Positions 1-8,167 of a stretch of 32,000 nt of DNA are shown piece after piece. Both the position numbers and the translations under genes were made by a program. The DNA is taken from positions 1,680,001 through 1,712,000 of the forward strand of contig OZ245049.1 of assembly GCA_965224465.1 (NCBI GenBank), in the 5' to 3' direction. Source of the DNA: Flavobacteriaceae bacterium (GTDB taxonomy: Bacteria; Bacteroidota; Bacteroidia; Flavobacteriales; Flavobacteriaceae). Below the pieces are notes generated by a model. That model was not told where the DNA came from, searched no databases, and saw only the letters and a list, made by a program, of their open reading frames with translations. Numbering within the stretch: the stretch's first letter is position 1; each line of letters starts with the position of its first letter.

Positions 1-12
1 TACATCTATCCT

Positions 13-879
13 ATGAAAACAAGTATTCTTAAAGTATCCGAATCCGTTTTTAAACAAATTAAGAACATTTGGGAAAATACAACCACCAATAAAATTGTAA
101 GCATCACTTTGGTTTGTACGTTTATCCTTTCAACTATTGTAAGTTACTTAGACCGAAATAATCTTATTTCTTTAGGCTCTTGGGATGAATATTTTTCAAA
201 CCCTTTTTTTTCTATCGAAATCTCATTTACCTTATTACTTATCTTAGAATTATTGAGTTTGATATTTGTATTGCCAAAATCTGTATCAAAATCAGTAGGA
301 AAACAGTTGGAACTATTGTCTTTAATTTTTATACGTGCAACATTTAAAGAATTTAGTCATATCACAAACTTTAATTGGGAAGAGATGAGCACTCCAATCA
401 TAAATATGATGTGTTATTCGTTTGGCGCTTTGCTTATATTTGGAATTTTAGGATATACTTATAAACTACAACTACATACGCCACTTACAAAAACCGAAGA
501 TGATGTAAAGGAATTTGTACAATCAAAAAAGCTACTTGCGTTGTTTTTACTAATCGCTTTTATGGTTATTGGTTTTTTAGATCTTAAAACACTCGCTTTA
601 ACAGGTGTTTATCATGGGTCATTCCATTCGTTTTACACCATTTTAATTTTTAGTGATATTCTAATTGTACTCATAGCACTTAGATATACCTTAAATTATT
701 ATAAAATATTCAGGTATTCTTCTTTTGTCGTTGCCACTATTTTTATACGGATTGCATTATCTCTTAAACCTTATTATGATGTGATTATAGGCATAACCGC
801 AGCTGTATTCGTACTACTTCTTACCATTTCGTATAATTATTTTTTAAAAGACATCCCAGAAAAAAAGCTAAAAGATTAA
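13..879 (+). CDS. Multi-pass integral membrane protein, function unknown
   Basis: 288-aa ORF with about seven or eight long hydrophobic segments. No catalytic motif recognised, so no family can be assigned from sequence alone. Confidence 0.55.
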   Translation: MKTSILKVSESVFKQIKNIWENTTTNKIVSITLVCTFILSTIVSYLDRNNLISLGSWDEYFSNPFFSIEISFTLLLILELLSLIFVLPKSVSKSVGKQLELLSLIFIRATFKEFSHITNFNWEEMSTPIINMMCYSFGALLIFGILGYTYKLQLHTPLTKTEDDVKEFVQSKKLLALFLLIAFMVIGFLDLKTLALTGVYHGSFHSFYTILIFSDILIVLIALRYTLNYYKIFRYSSFVVATIFIRIALSLKPYYDVIIGITAAVFVLLLTISYNYFLKDIPEKKLKD

Positions 880-944
880 ACAGCCCAACTAAATCTATAG
901 ATTTTAAACCTAAAATATAGCATTACAGTTACTGTATTGTTGTA

Positions 945-1034
945 ATACCAATTTCAATCCAAAATGACCAATACAAATAGTATAACAAAAAATAATTCTA
1001 TTTCTAAACCTTCACTTGAAAATGTATTTGGCAT
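945..1034 (+). mobile_element. MITE-like element, copy A (internally deleted, ~90 bp)
   Basis: The left end ATACCAATTTCAATCCAAAATGACC and right end CACTTGAAAATGTATTTGGCAT match both termini of the 160-bp copies at 5209, 6299 and 19147. The central ~70 bp is missing. Confidence 0.6.
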
Positions 1035-1226
1035 CATCTTTTCCACGAATACCAAAACTCATGATTTTCGAACAACTTAACGATAGGAAAGAACAGCCGA
1101 TTTTGTGTTTATGGCTGATAAATATTATATTTCTGTACAGAGTCCTCGATACTATTGACAAATTTAAAAATAAATTCCCTCAAAAGTTTAGGATTAAAAG
1201 CATATTTCTCAATCCTGTTTTCTACT

Positions 1227-1257
1227 AAAAAAACCTGCTAAAAGCAGGTTTTTTTTA
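1227..1257. terminator. Bidirectional intrinsic terminator between convergent genes
   Basis: The sequence aaaaaaaCCTGCtaaaaGCAGGttttttttt is a GC-rich hairpin flanked by an A-tract and a T-tract. It lies 24 nt beyond the GSIII stop codon. Confidence 0.75.
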
Positions 1258-1280
1258 TAAAAAATACATTTTATTTTGTA

Positions 1281-3467
1281 CTATCTAGTAAACAATAATT
1301 CTCTGTATTTGGTTAATGGCCATAACTCATCATCAACCATTATTTCTAATTTATCACAGTGATAACGAATATCATCAAAGAAAGGCAATACAACATTACA
1401 ATAAGCAGCAGCTTTTTCTTCTCCATTTTCAATTACATTTGCCACTTTTCTAGCAGCAATCATTTCATCAACTTTTGAATGAATCACTGCAATATGCTCA
1501 GAAATTTTAATAATTAATTTAATTTGCTCTGCTGCGTGGAGTTTAAAATTATCACCAAAAATATTTTTTAATCCAGCTACATTTTCAATAATTGTATTTT
1601 GATAACGAATAGCTGTTGGCACTACGTGATTTCCAGCAATATCTCCTAACACTCTTGATTCTATTTGGATGCGCGAAGTGTACTCCTCTACTTCAATTTC
1701 GTAACGTGCTTCAACTTCTCTTTTATTCATCACACCCATTTCATCATATAAAGCGATTGCCTTATCAGAAATTTTAACCTTTAAGGCTTCTGGTGTTTTC
1801 TTATTATTACTTAAACCTCGTTTTTCGGCTTCTATTTCCCATTCTTTTCCGTATCCATTTCCTTCAAATAAGATTTTCTTAGAAGATTTAATATATTCTC
1901 TCAATATATTAAATACTGCTTCGTCTTTTTTAAGGTCTTTAGTTGCTATTAATGCATCTACTTCTTTTTTAAATTCTTTTAATTGTTTGGCTACAATTGT
2001 ATTTAAAACAGTCATTGGGTTGGCACAGTTTGCCGTAGACCCAACTGCTCTAAACTCAAATTTATTCCCTGTAAAAGCAAAAGGAGAGGTCCGATTACGA
2101 TCCGTGTTATCTAATAAAATATTGGGTATTTTACCAACCACATTCAATTTAAGATCTGTTTTTTCTTCCGGTGATAATTTACCGTCCGTTACATTTTCAA
2201 GATCGTCTAAAACCCGCGTCAATTGTTCCCCAATAAACACCGAAATAATAGCAGGAGGCGCTTCATTTGCACCTAAACGATGATCATTACTTGCAGATGC
2301 AATGGCAGCTCTCAATAATTCTTCATGATCGTGTACCGCCTTAATAGTATTGATAAAGAACGTTAAAAACTGTAGGTTACTCATAGGAGTTTTACCTGGT
2401 GCTAATAAATTAATTCCTGTATTGGTAGACAAAGACCAGTTGTTGTGTTTCCCTGAGCCATTTACTCCTGCAAATGGTTTTTCATGTAATAACACTTTAA
2501 AATCGTGACGTGCACCAACTTTCCCCATCACATCCATTAATAATGAGTTGTGATCCACAGCTAAGTTAGATTCTTCATAAATAGGAGCCAATTCAAACTG
2601 ATTTGGAGCCACCTCGTTATGACGTGTTTTTACTGGAATTCCTAACAACATACATTCGGTTTCCAAATCTCGCATAAAGTCTAATGCTCTCCCTGGAATA
2701 GAACCAAAATAATGATCGTCCAGTTGTTGACCTTTCGCAGGAATATGACCGATAAGAGTTCTCCCTGTCAATGTAATATCTGGTCGGCTTGCTGCCAATG
2801 CTTTATCAATTAAAAAGTACTCTTGTTCCCAGCCTAAAGATGCTGTTACTTTTTTAATGTTTTTATCAAAATACTTACACACATCTACAGATGCTTTGTC
2901 TACAGCCTGTAATGCACGTAATAATGGTGTTTTATAATCTAATGCTTCCCCAGTATACGATACAAATACCGTTGGAATACACAACGTAGTTCCGTAAATA
3001 AATGCAGGTGAAGTTGGATCCCAAGCAGTATATCCACGTGCTTCAAACGTATTTCTGATTCCTCCATTTGGAAAACTAGAGGCGTCTGGTTCTTGTTGTA
3101 CCAATTCGTTACCTCCAAATTTTTCGATGGCCATACCATTTCCAATCGTTTCAAAAAAAGCATCATGTTTTTCTGCAGTTCCACCTGTGAGTGGTTGAAA
3201 CCAGTGTGTGTAATGTGTTACTCCTTTTTGCAATGCCCATTCTTTCATAGAAGATGAAATTTGATCCGCTATTTTACGGTCAATTTTTTTACTTTTATCT
3301 ATAGCATCCATTACTCCATTAAGAGCATCTTTTGTTAAATATTGGCGCATTGTATTCTCACCAAATACATTTTCTCCAAATAAATCAGAACGCTTTCCTC
3401 GTTCGTCAACAAATACTGGTTTTCTATTTAGGGCTTCGTTTAAAGCTTGAAATCTAAGTTTTGACAT
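1281..3467 (-). CDS. Glutamine synthetase type III (GSIII)
   Basis: The 728-aa length is typical of Bacteroidota GSIII. The N-terminus MSKLRFQALNEALNRKP resembles Bacteroides GSIII, and GS catalytic-domain-like blocks are present (NEVAPNQFELAP, HEKPFAGVNGSGKHNNWS). Confidence 0.9.
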   Translation of the reverse strand: MSKLRFQALNEALNRKPVFVDERGKRSDLFGENVFGENTMRQYLTKDALNGVMDAIDKSKKIDRKIADQISSSMKEWALQKGVTHYTHWFQPLTGGTAEKHDAFFETIGNGMAIEKFGGNELVQQEPDASSFPNGGIRNTFEARGYTAWDPTSPAFIYGTTLCIPTVFVSYTGEALDYKTPLLRALQAVDKASVDVCKYFDKNIKKVTASLGWEQEYFLIDKALAASRPDITLTGRTLIGHIPAKGQQLDDHYFGSIPGRALDFMRDLETECMLLGIPVKTRHNEVAPNQFELAPIYEESNLAVDHNSLLMDVMGKVGARHDFKVLLHEKPFAGVNGSGKHNNWSLSTNTGINLLAPGKTPMSNLQFLTFFINTIKAVHDHEELLRAAIASASNDHRLGANEAPPAIISVFIGEQLTRVLDDLENVTDGKLSPEEKTDLKLNVVGKIPNILLDNTDRNRTSPFAFTGNKFEFRAVGSTANCANPMTVLNTIVAKQLKEFKKEVDALIATKDLKKDEAVFNILREYIKSSKKILFEGNGYGKEWEIEAEKRGLSNNKKTPEALKVKISDKAIALYDEMGVMNKREVEARYEIEVEEYTSRIQIESRVLGDIAGNHVVPTAIRYQNTIIENVAGLKNIFGDNFKLHAAEQIKLIIKISEHIAVIHSKVDEMIAARKVANVIENGEEKAAAYCNVVLPFFDDIRYHCDKLEIMVDDELWPLTKYRELLFTR

Positions 3468-3499
3468 TATAAAGCTATTTTATTTACACAATTAAGAAG

Positions 3500-3507
3500 C
3501 AAATCTA
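3500..3507 (-). promoter_or_regulatory. Candidate Bacteroidota -7 box (TAGATTTG on the minus strand) for the GSIII gene
   Basis: The + strand reads CAAATCTA, which is TAnnTTTG on the coding strand, 33-40 nt upstream of the ATG at 3467. Confidence 0.45.
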
Positions 3508-3608
3508 CACATTTTACACGTAATACAAAAAGAACCCCTGTTTTTTATAGGTACACTTCCTTACTTTTACACAATAACAAGAAACACCCCCTCAAATTTA
3601 ACATAAGA

Positions 3609-4559
3609 CTATGAAAATTCTGTAATTTTAATAATATTATAAATAAAAATAAAATATGTAGCTAATAAAAACAAGCCTTCTCGCCAACTTAACTTCATGT
3701 ATTTAGGAATCAAAACAAGCGGAAGTACCACTATAGACACACCTAGCATCCAAAAAATATCCATTTCGAGCAATCGAGGGTCCGAAACTTTGATAGGAAT
3801 AATCATCGAAGTAATTCCTAGTACGGCTAAAATATTAAAAATATTTGATCCAATTAAATTCCCTAATGATATTGCTTTTTCCTTTTTTATTATTGCAATA
3901 ATAGAAGCCGCTAACTCAGGAATACTAGTTCCTATAGAAACTATGGTAATCCCAACAACACTCTCACTAATATTATAAAAAGAAGCCATGTTTTTAGCTC
4001 CTGTAATCAAAAGTTCTGATCCTCCATATAAAGCAACACCTCCCAAAACAACATAGATAATATCTTTATATAAGGGAGTCGTTATTCCCTCTTCTGGAAT
4101 TTCATCAGGAACTGCATTTTTTTGGAATTTTAATAAATAGACTAAAAACACAATCAAAGAAACAAATAAAATTGCTCCTTCATAACGTTGTAACTCTCCA
4201 TCAAAAGCAATAAATAAATACAGCAGTACAGAAGCTAACATCATGGCAGGCCAATCTGTTTTATAAAAACTCTTTTCTACACTAATGGTGGATAATAAAA
4301 TGGTGATTCCCAAAACCAAGCCTAAATTTGCAATATTTGATCCAATTACATTACTAAATGCTAAGTCAGCACTTCCATTTAAAGCTGCATTTACACTCAC
4401 TATTAATTCTGGAGCGGATGTTGCAAATGAAACAACCGTCATACCAATTACAATTTTAGGTATGTTTAAACGTAGTGAAAATCCTATGGCTGCTTTTAAT
4501 AACCAATTCCCTCCTGCAATCAACACTATTAACCCAGCAATAATATAAAACAAATTCAT
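3609..4559 (-). CDS. CaCA-family cation/Ca2+ antiporter (YrbG-like)
   Basis: 316 aa with about ten TM segments. Two alpha-repeat signatures are present, GSNIANLGLVLG and GSNIFNILAVLG, in the N- and C-terminal halves. Confidence 0.85.
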   Translation of the reverse strand: MNLFYIIAGLIVLIAGGNWLLKAAIGFSLRLNIPKIVIGMTVVSFATSAPELIVSVNAALNGSADLAFSNVIGSNIANLGLVLGITILLSTISVEKSFYKTDWPAMMLASVLLYLFIAFDGELQRYEGAILFVSLIVFLVYLLKFQKNAVPDEIPEEGITTPLYKDIIYVVLGGVALYGGSELLITGAKNMASFYNISESVVGITIVSIGTSIPELAASIIAIIKKEKAISLGNLIGSNIFNILAVLGITSMIIPIKVSDPRLLEMDIFWMLGVSIVVLPLVLIPKYMKLSWREGLFLLATYFIFIYNIIKITEFS

Positions 4560-4575
4560 AAAAATATTTTAGCTG

Positions 4576-4583
4576 CAAATATA
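4576..4583 (-). promoter_or_regulatory. Candidate -7 box (TATATTTG on the minus strand) for the antiporter gene
   Basis: The + strand reads CAAATATA, 17-24 nt upstream of the ATG at 4559. Confidence 0.45.
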
Positions 4584-5208
4584 TATGTTTTCTCACTGTT
4601 CTAGGAGATAATTTTTATTCCAATATTTATACAAGACTCATTTTGACCTAAAAAAAGAACAACCTCGCCTTTACTTTCAATTCTCAATCATAAAACCCCC
4701 ATTACTTTATTACAAATAGAAACAATACATCAATAATTAATTAAATATAACAACTAATTCCTAATGATTAACTTACACTCACAACCCAAAAGCATCATTT
4801 AATATAATAATAGAGAAACAACTCTATAAATAGCCTGTTTTTTACTTGTTCGCATCGTTCTTAAGTACTTATCTTGGATATAGTATCCATAAAAAAGAAT
4901 CAATATCAACCTTAAAAACAGTTAAAATGACATTATTATTACTTATTTTATCGCTTATCGAAGACATCATTGAATATATCATATATTTGTTTTTATGATC
5001 TATCTATCAATGCGTTCAATTTAAAAGTATCAAAACATCACTAAAATCACAAAAAGAACACTAAAAACGATTGCGTCTAATGACAAGTAAAAACAATAAG
5101 ATCCCCCAAGGAATTGGGACATGCTCTCCAAAGGTTGTTTCTACAAGGAGAAAATCCACGGATAATCAAACACAAAATAAGCTAGTAAAAACGAGAACAG
5201 GACAACTA

Positions 5209-5367
5209 ATACCAACCTAAAACGACTTATATAAATAGTTTATTTTACATTCTAGGCTTGTTAAAAAATAGAAGGACAGCTAACGATTACAATCCTTTCA
5301 TTTTTCGCCTCGCTAAAACAAAAAATAATTCCATTTCTAAACTATCAATTGGAAATGTATTTGGTAT
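5209..5367 (+). mobile_element. MITE-like element, copy B (159 bp)
   Basis: Aligns over its full length with the copies at 6299-6459 and 19147-19306. The right terminus is GGAAATGTATTTGGTAT, and the left terminus is partly eroded (ATACCAACCTAAAACGAC). Confidence 0.7.
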
Positions 5368-5368
5368 G

Positions 5369-5480
5369 ATACCAATTACACTCCAAGATAACTGATATAA
5401 GTGAATTAAATAGATGCCCAAACAGCCCAGCTGGTAAAAAAGCAATCCAATAAACAAAAAAAGAGCATCAGATTTGTATA
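5369..5480 (+). repeat. Probable degenerate second MITE copy abutting copy B head-to-tail
   Basis: It starts with ATACCAATTACACTCCAAGATAAC, which matches the left TIR consensus closely. The rest is recognisable only in patches (AAACAAAAAAA, GATTTGTATATGCC), so the right boundary is uncertain. Confidence 0.35.
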
Positions 5481-5734
5481 TGCCAACTAAAACAGAAATT
5501 ACTTTTAATTTAGCCACTTCAAAACAAAGAAAATAATACATATATTTGCAATCACATCCACAATTGCACAAAGCCCATATAAATAGATGGTCCAATCCAT
5601 TTGATTGCACGTATTTTAGATGTAGCATCGTAAACATATCGATAGATGGTTCCGAACAATTATCACAAACAGTTTATCTAAAATTGTTTTTTACAATTCA
5701 AGAAAACTGATACTCTTACTAACAAATATTTGAC

Positions 5735-5884
5735 ATGAAAAAAAAAATATTCCAACTAATTGCAAAAATCAATAAAATTATCTTCCCTAGTTTCACCCGT
5801 AAACATCTGGACATGAGTCAGGCAAAAAAATGGCAATTAATAATTATTGGATATCGCTATTTTATTACAAAAAACAGCTTGTAG
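5735..5884 (+). CDS. Small basic hypothetical protein (49 aa)
   Basis: The ORF reads MKKKIFQLIAKINKIIFPSFTRKHLDMSQAKKWQLIIIGYRYFITKNSL. It falls below the ORF-track cutoff and is the only clean ORF in the 4560-5900 gap. No family is recognised, so coding status is unproven. Confidence 0.3.
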   Translation: MKKKIFQLIAKINKIIFPSFTRKHLDMSQAKKWQLIIIGYRYFITKNSL

Positions 5885-5899
5885 ATTCAAAAAAAGGCA

Positions 5900-5907
5900 T
5901 ATCTTTG
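5900..5907 (+). promoter_or_regulatory. -7 box TATCTTTG for tRNA-Arg copy 1
   Basis: A perfect TAnnTTTG match ending 12 nt before the mature tRNA 5' end. Confidence 0.6.
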
Positions 5908-5919
5908 CAACCGCAAATC

Positions 5920-5993
5920 GGCCTCGTAGCATAACTGAATAGTGCACTTGATTACGGCTCAAGAGGTTGGAGGTTTGAATCCTCCCGAGGTCA
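5920..5993 (+). tRNA. tRNA-Arg (anticodon ACG), copy 1
   Basis: Manual cloverleaf fold. Acceptor GGCCTCG/CGAGGTC, D stem GCAT/GTGC, anticodon stem CTTGA/TCAAG with loop TTACGGC, variable loop AGGTT, T stem GGAGG/CCTCC, discriminator A. No CCA is encoded. Confidence 0.85.
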
Positions 5994-6001
5994 CGATTAA
6001 A

Positions 6002-6030
6002 AAGCAAGCTAATTTTAGCTTGCTTTTTTT
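6002..6030 (+). terminator. Intrinsic terminator after tRNA copy 1
   Basis: AAGCAAGCT-aatttt-AGCTTGCTT hairpin followed by a T-tract. Confidence 0.7.
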
Positions 6031-6042
6031 ATGTTTATAACC

Positions 6043-6090
6043 TAAGAAGATCACTTAAAAAAAAGAAATATTTTTTAAGTGATCTTCTTA
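6043..6090. repeat. Perfect 20-bp inverted repeat (hairpin with 8-nt loop) between the tRNA modules
   Basis: TAAGAAGATCACTTAAAAAA (6043-6062) is the exact reverse complement of 6071-6090. It is followed by TTTTAT. Confidence 0.8.
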
Positions 6091-6109
6091 TTTTATCATT
6101 AAAATTACA

Positions 6110-6117
6110 TATATTTG
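6110..6117 (+). promoter_or_regulatory. -7 box TATATTTG for tRNA-Arg copy 2
   Basis: A perfect TAnnTTTG match with the same 12-nt spacing to the tRNA 5' end as in copy 1. The shared GCAACCGC follows the box in both modules. Confidence 0.6.
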
Positions 6118-6129
6118 CAACCGCTTAAC

Positions 6130-6203
6130 GGCCTCGTAGCATAACTGAATAGTGCACTTGATTACGGCTCAAGAGGTTGGAGGTTTGAATCCTCCCGAGG
6201 TCA
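6130..6203 (+). tRNA. tRNA-Arg (anticodon ACG), copy 2
   Basis: 74/74 nt identical to 5920-5993. Confidence 0.85.
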
Positions 6204-6206
6204 CAA

Positions 6207-6240
6207 AAACCCTTCAATTAATAATTGAAGGGTTTAATTT
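6207..6240 (+). terminator. Intrinsic terminator after tRNA copy 2
   Basis: AAACCCTTCAATT-aat-AATTGAAGGGTTT hairpin followed by AATTTT. Confidence 0.65.
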
Positions 6241-6298
6241 TACCGTTGATTCTCGTCAAAAAAAGTCCTTCTACAAAACTTCCCTTCACCTATGTTTA

Positions 6299-6459
6299 AC
6301 ACCAATGACAATTCAAAATAACGGATAAAAATGATTTATTTCACGTGCTAGCGTTGTTAAAAAACAGAACCATAACTAGGGCTATACTTCCATTTTCCGC
6401 CTAGCTATAACAAAAAACAATTCCATTTCTAAATCGTCACTTGAAAATGTATTTGGTAT
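6299..6459 (+). mobile_element. MITE-like element, copy C (161 bp)
   Basis: Left terminus ACACCAATGACAATTCAAAATAAC and right terminus GTCACTTGAAAATGTATTTGGTAT. The interior aligns with copies B and D. Confidence 0.7.
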
Positions 6460-6619
6460 AAGAACTAGAATAAATTTATGTTGGATTCTATTGATTTTTT
6501 ATAATGTAAACCACCTAATAAAGGATATTCATCTACCGACAAAGGTCTTATGTCGAAAAAAAAACAATCCCTCTAAAAATAAATCTTAACATGCACCTTG
6601 TAATTCTTAACAATTGTAT

Positions 6620-6644
6620 TAGGTTTGCATTATGTTATACATAA
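6620..6644 (+). promoter_or_regulatory. nanA promoter -7 box plus palindromic operator
   Basis: TAGGTTTG (6620-6627) is followed by TTATGT-tat-ACATAA (6630-6644), a perfect 15-bp palindrome 12 nt upstream of the ATG. Confidence 0.7.
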
Positions 6645-6656
6645 AAACCGTTAACC

Positions 6657-7562
6657 ATGGAAATTAAAAACTTAATAGCTGCAGCCTATGCACCTTTGAA
6701 AGAGGACCTCTCTTTAAATCTAGAAATCATACCTTCATACAGTTCATTTTTACAACGCAATAAAGTTGCAGGAGTATTCGTAAACGGTTCTACAGGAGAT
6801 TTCACTTCATTAACTATCGAAGAAAGAAAAGAAATCATAGAAGTTTGGGCTAAAGAAAGTTCAACTGATTTTTTTGTTATCAATCATGTAGGACATACCA
6901 GTTTAGATATCGCTAAAGATTTAGCTGCACATTCTGCAGGAAAAGTAGATGCCATCGCTACGTTGGCTCCCTATTATTTCAAAACAAGATCCTTACAGTG
7001 TTTGGTAGATTACTGTAGAGAAATAGCCGCATCTGCTCCAGAATTGCCTTTTTATTATTATCACATCCCTGGACTGACAGGAGCCGATTATAATATGGTC
7101 GATTTTTTAGCGTTGGCAAAAGATCAAATTCCAAGTTTAGAGGGGATTAAATTCACAAATAATAACATCATTGATTTTTCATATTCTAAAGATGTAGAAA
7201 ACGGAAAATACAATATTTTGTACGGTGTAGACGAAATGTTCCTTTCTGGTTTACCATACGGCGCAACTGGATGGGTAGGAAGCACCTACAACCACGCAGC
7301 TCCTTTATACTATGCTATCAAGGAAGCATTTGATTCAGGTGATTACGATTTAGCGAGAAGCTTACAAACAAAATCGGCAAAATTTGTAGATGTCTTAAAC
7401 GCTATGGGAGGATTTAATGGCGCTGCAAAATCATATATGAAAACATTAGGGATAGACTGTGGACCAAGTAGATTCCCTCACACTACGCTTAGTACAGAAC
7501 AACTTACACAAGCTACAAAGGAACTTAAAGCGCTAGGTATTTTAGAGCACTTAAGTAAATAA
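6657..7562 (+). CDS. nanA: N-acetylneuraminate lyase
   Basis: 301 aa, DHDPS/NAL family. Contains the GSTGDF motif and the Schiff-base lysine context GIKFTNNN. The genomic context is a sialic acid locus. Confidence 0.88.
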   Translation: MEIKNLIAAAYAPLKEDLSLNLEIIPSYSSFLQRNKVAGVFVNGSTGDFTSLTIEERKEIIEVWAKESSTDFFVINHVGHTSLDIAKDLAAHSAGKVDAIATLAPYYFKTRSLQCLVDYCREIAASAPELPFYYYHIPGLTGADYNMVDFLALAKDQIPSLEGIKFTNNNIIDFSYSKDVENGKYNILYGVDEMFLSGLPYGATGWVGSTYNHAAPLYYAIKEAFDSGDYDLARSLQTKSAKFVDVLNAMGGFNGAAKSYMKTLGIDCGPSRFPHTTLSTEQLTQATKELKALGILEHLSK

Positions 7563-7582
7563 CATATTATATAACAACTACT

Positions 7583-7634
7583 AAACTCGATTTTAAAAGC
7601 AACAGAAACTTTTTAAATCGAGTTTTTTTTATTT
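7583..7634 (+). terminator. Strong hairpin plus T-tract after nanA
   Basis: AAACTCGATTTTAAAA and TTTTAAATCGAGTTT form a ~15-bp stem with one bulge and an 11-nt loop, followed by TTTTTTTTATTTT. Confidence 0.65.
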
Positions 7635-7654
7635 TCAATCAAAACACGCACTTT

Positions 7655-8104
7655 ATGATAATTGACACATTACAGAACAGTGATTTATACACAAATGTAC
7701 ATCCCAAATTCAAACAAGCATTTGACTTTCTAAAGAACACGAATTTAGATGAATTGTCTACTGGGAAACACGAAATAGATGGAGAATTAATATTTGCTAT
7801 TATAAACAAATACGAAACTAATACTCCTGAGATTGTAAAACTAGAAGCACATAAAAAATACATAGATTTACAATATGTTCACCACGGAAACGAAACTTTA
7901 GGCTTCACCTCATACACCAAACAATCTCCTTCACAGGACTATGTAGAAAGTGATGATTTTCAGCTTTTCGAGGAAGATTTTGATTCTATATCATTCAAAA
8001 AAGGCATGTTTAGTATCTTATACCCTGATGATATACATGCGCCAGGCTTACAGCTAGGCAACAAAGAAAATGTTGTAAAAGTTGTCATAAAAATACAACT
8101 ATAA
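7655..8104 (+). CDS. YhcH/YjgK/YiaL-family protein (NanQ-like sialic acid anomerase candidate)
   Basis: 149 aa. Resembles E. coli YhcH in the blocks EAHKKYIDLQYV, KGMFSILYPDDIHAPG and VVKVVIKI. Confidence 0.8.
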   Translation: MIIDTLQNSDLYTNVHPKFKQAFDFLKNTNLDELSTGKHEIDGELIFAIINKYETNTPEIVKLEAHKKYIDLQYVHHGNETLGFTSYTKQSPSQDYVESDDFQLFEEDFDSISFKKGMFSILYPDDIHAPGLQLGNKENVVKVVIKIQL

Positions 8105-8120
8105 AAAACCACTTAATAAC

Positions 8121-8162
8121 AGAAATAAGAAGAAGGATCCCTTCCCCCCTCTTCTTATTTCT
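8121..8162. terminator. Bidirectional hairpin between convergent genes
   Basis: AGAAATAAGAAGA (8121-8133) pairs perfectly with TCTTCTTATTTCT (8150-8162). The loop is C-rich. Confidence 0.65.
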
Positions 8163-8167
8163 ATTCT

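Noticed and set aside
1016-1228. 70-aa + strand ORF between the membrane protein gene and GSIII
   Set aside because: It starts inside the right terminus of MITE copy A and runs into the bidirectional terminator. It has no recognisable motifs and an odd composition, so it is most likely a chance ORF in AT-rich DNA.
1987-3184. ORFs 1987-2283 (+) and 2939-3184 (-) inside the GSIII gene
   Set aside because: They are antisense or out-of-frame shadow ORFs fully embedded in a well-supported 728-aa gene.
3697-4548. Plus-strand ORFs 3697-3978 and 4285-4548 inside the antiporter gene
   Set aside because: They are antisense shadows of a hydrophobic membrane-protein gene.
4927-4998. 23-aa hydrophobic mini-ORF (MTLLLLILSLIEDIIEYIIYLFL)
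   Set aside because: It is too short to support without conservation or expression data, and such ORFs are expected by chance in AT-rich sequence.
5290-5370. Apparent peptide conservation (IPNTF..LEMELFFV.ARRKM) on the minus strand of the MITE copies, suggesting a gene fragment
   Set aside because: Nucleotide similarity continues unchanged past the stop codons. Copy D has an in-frame stop within the conserved stretch, and copy A diverges. The conservation is therefore at the DNA level, not the protein level.
5287-5637. 116-aa minus-strand ORF in the ORF-free region
   Set aside because: Its C-terminal third is the reverse translation of MITE copy B, and the remainder overlaps the degenerate adjacent copy. 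It is Cys/Leu/Tyr-rich low-complexity sequence with no promoter evidence.
5900-6240. Repeat-spacer-repeat appearance that could suggest a CRISPR array
   Set aside because: The repeats are 74-nt tRNA genes with full cloverleaf structure. There are only two units and no cas genes.
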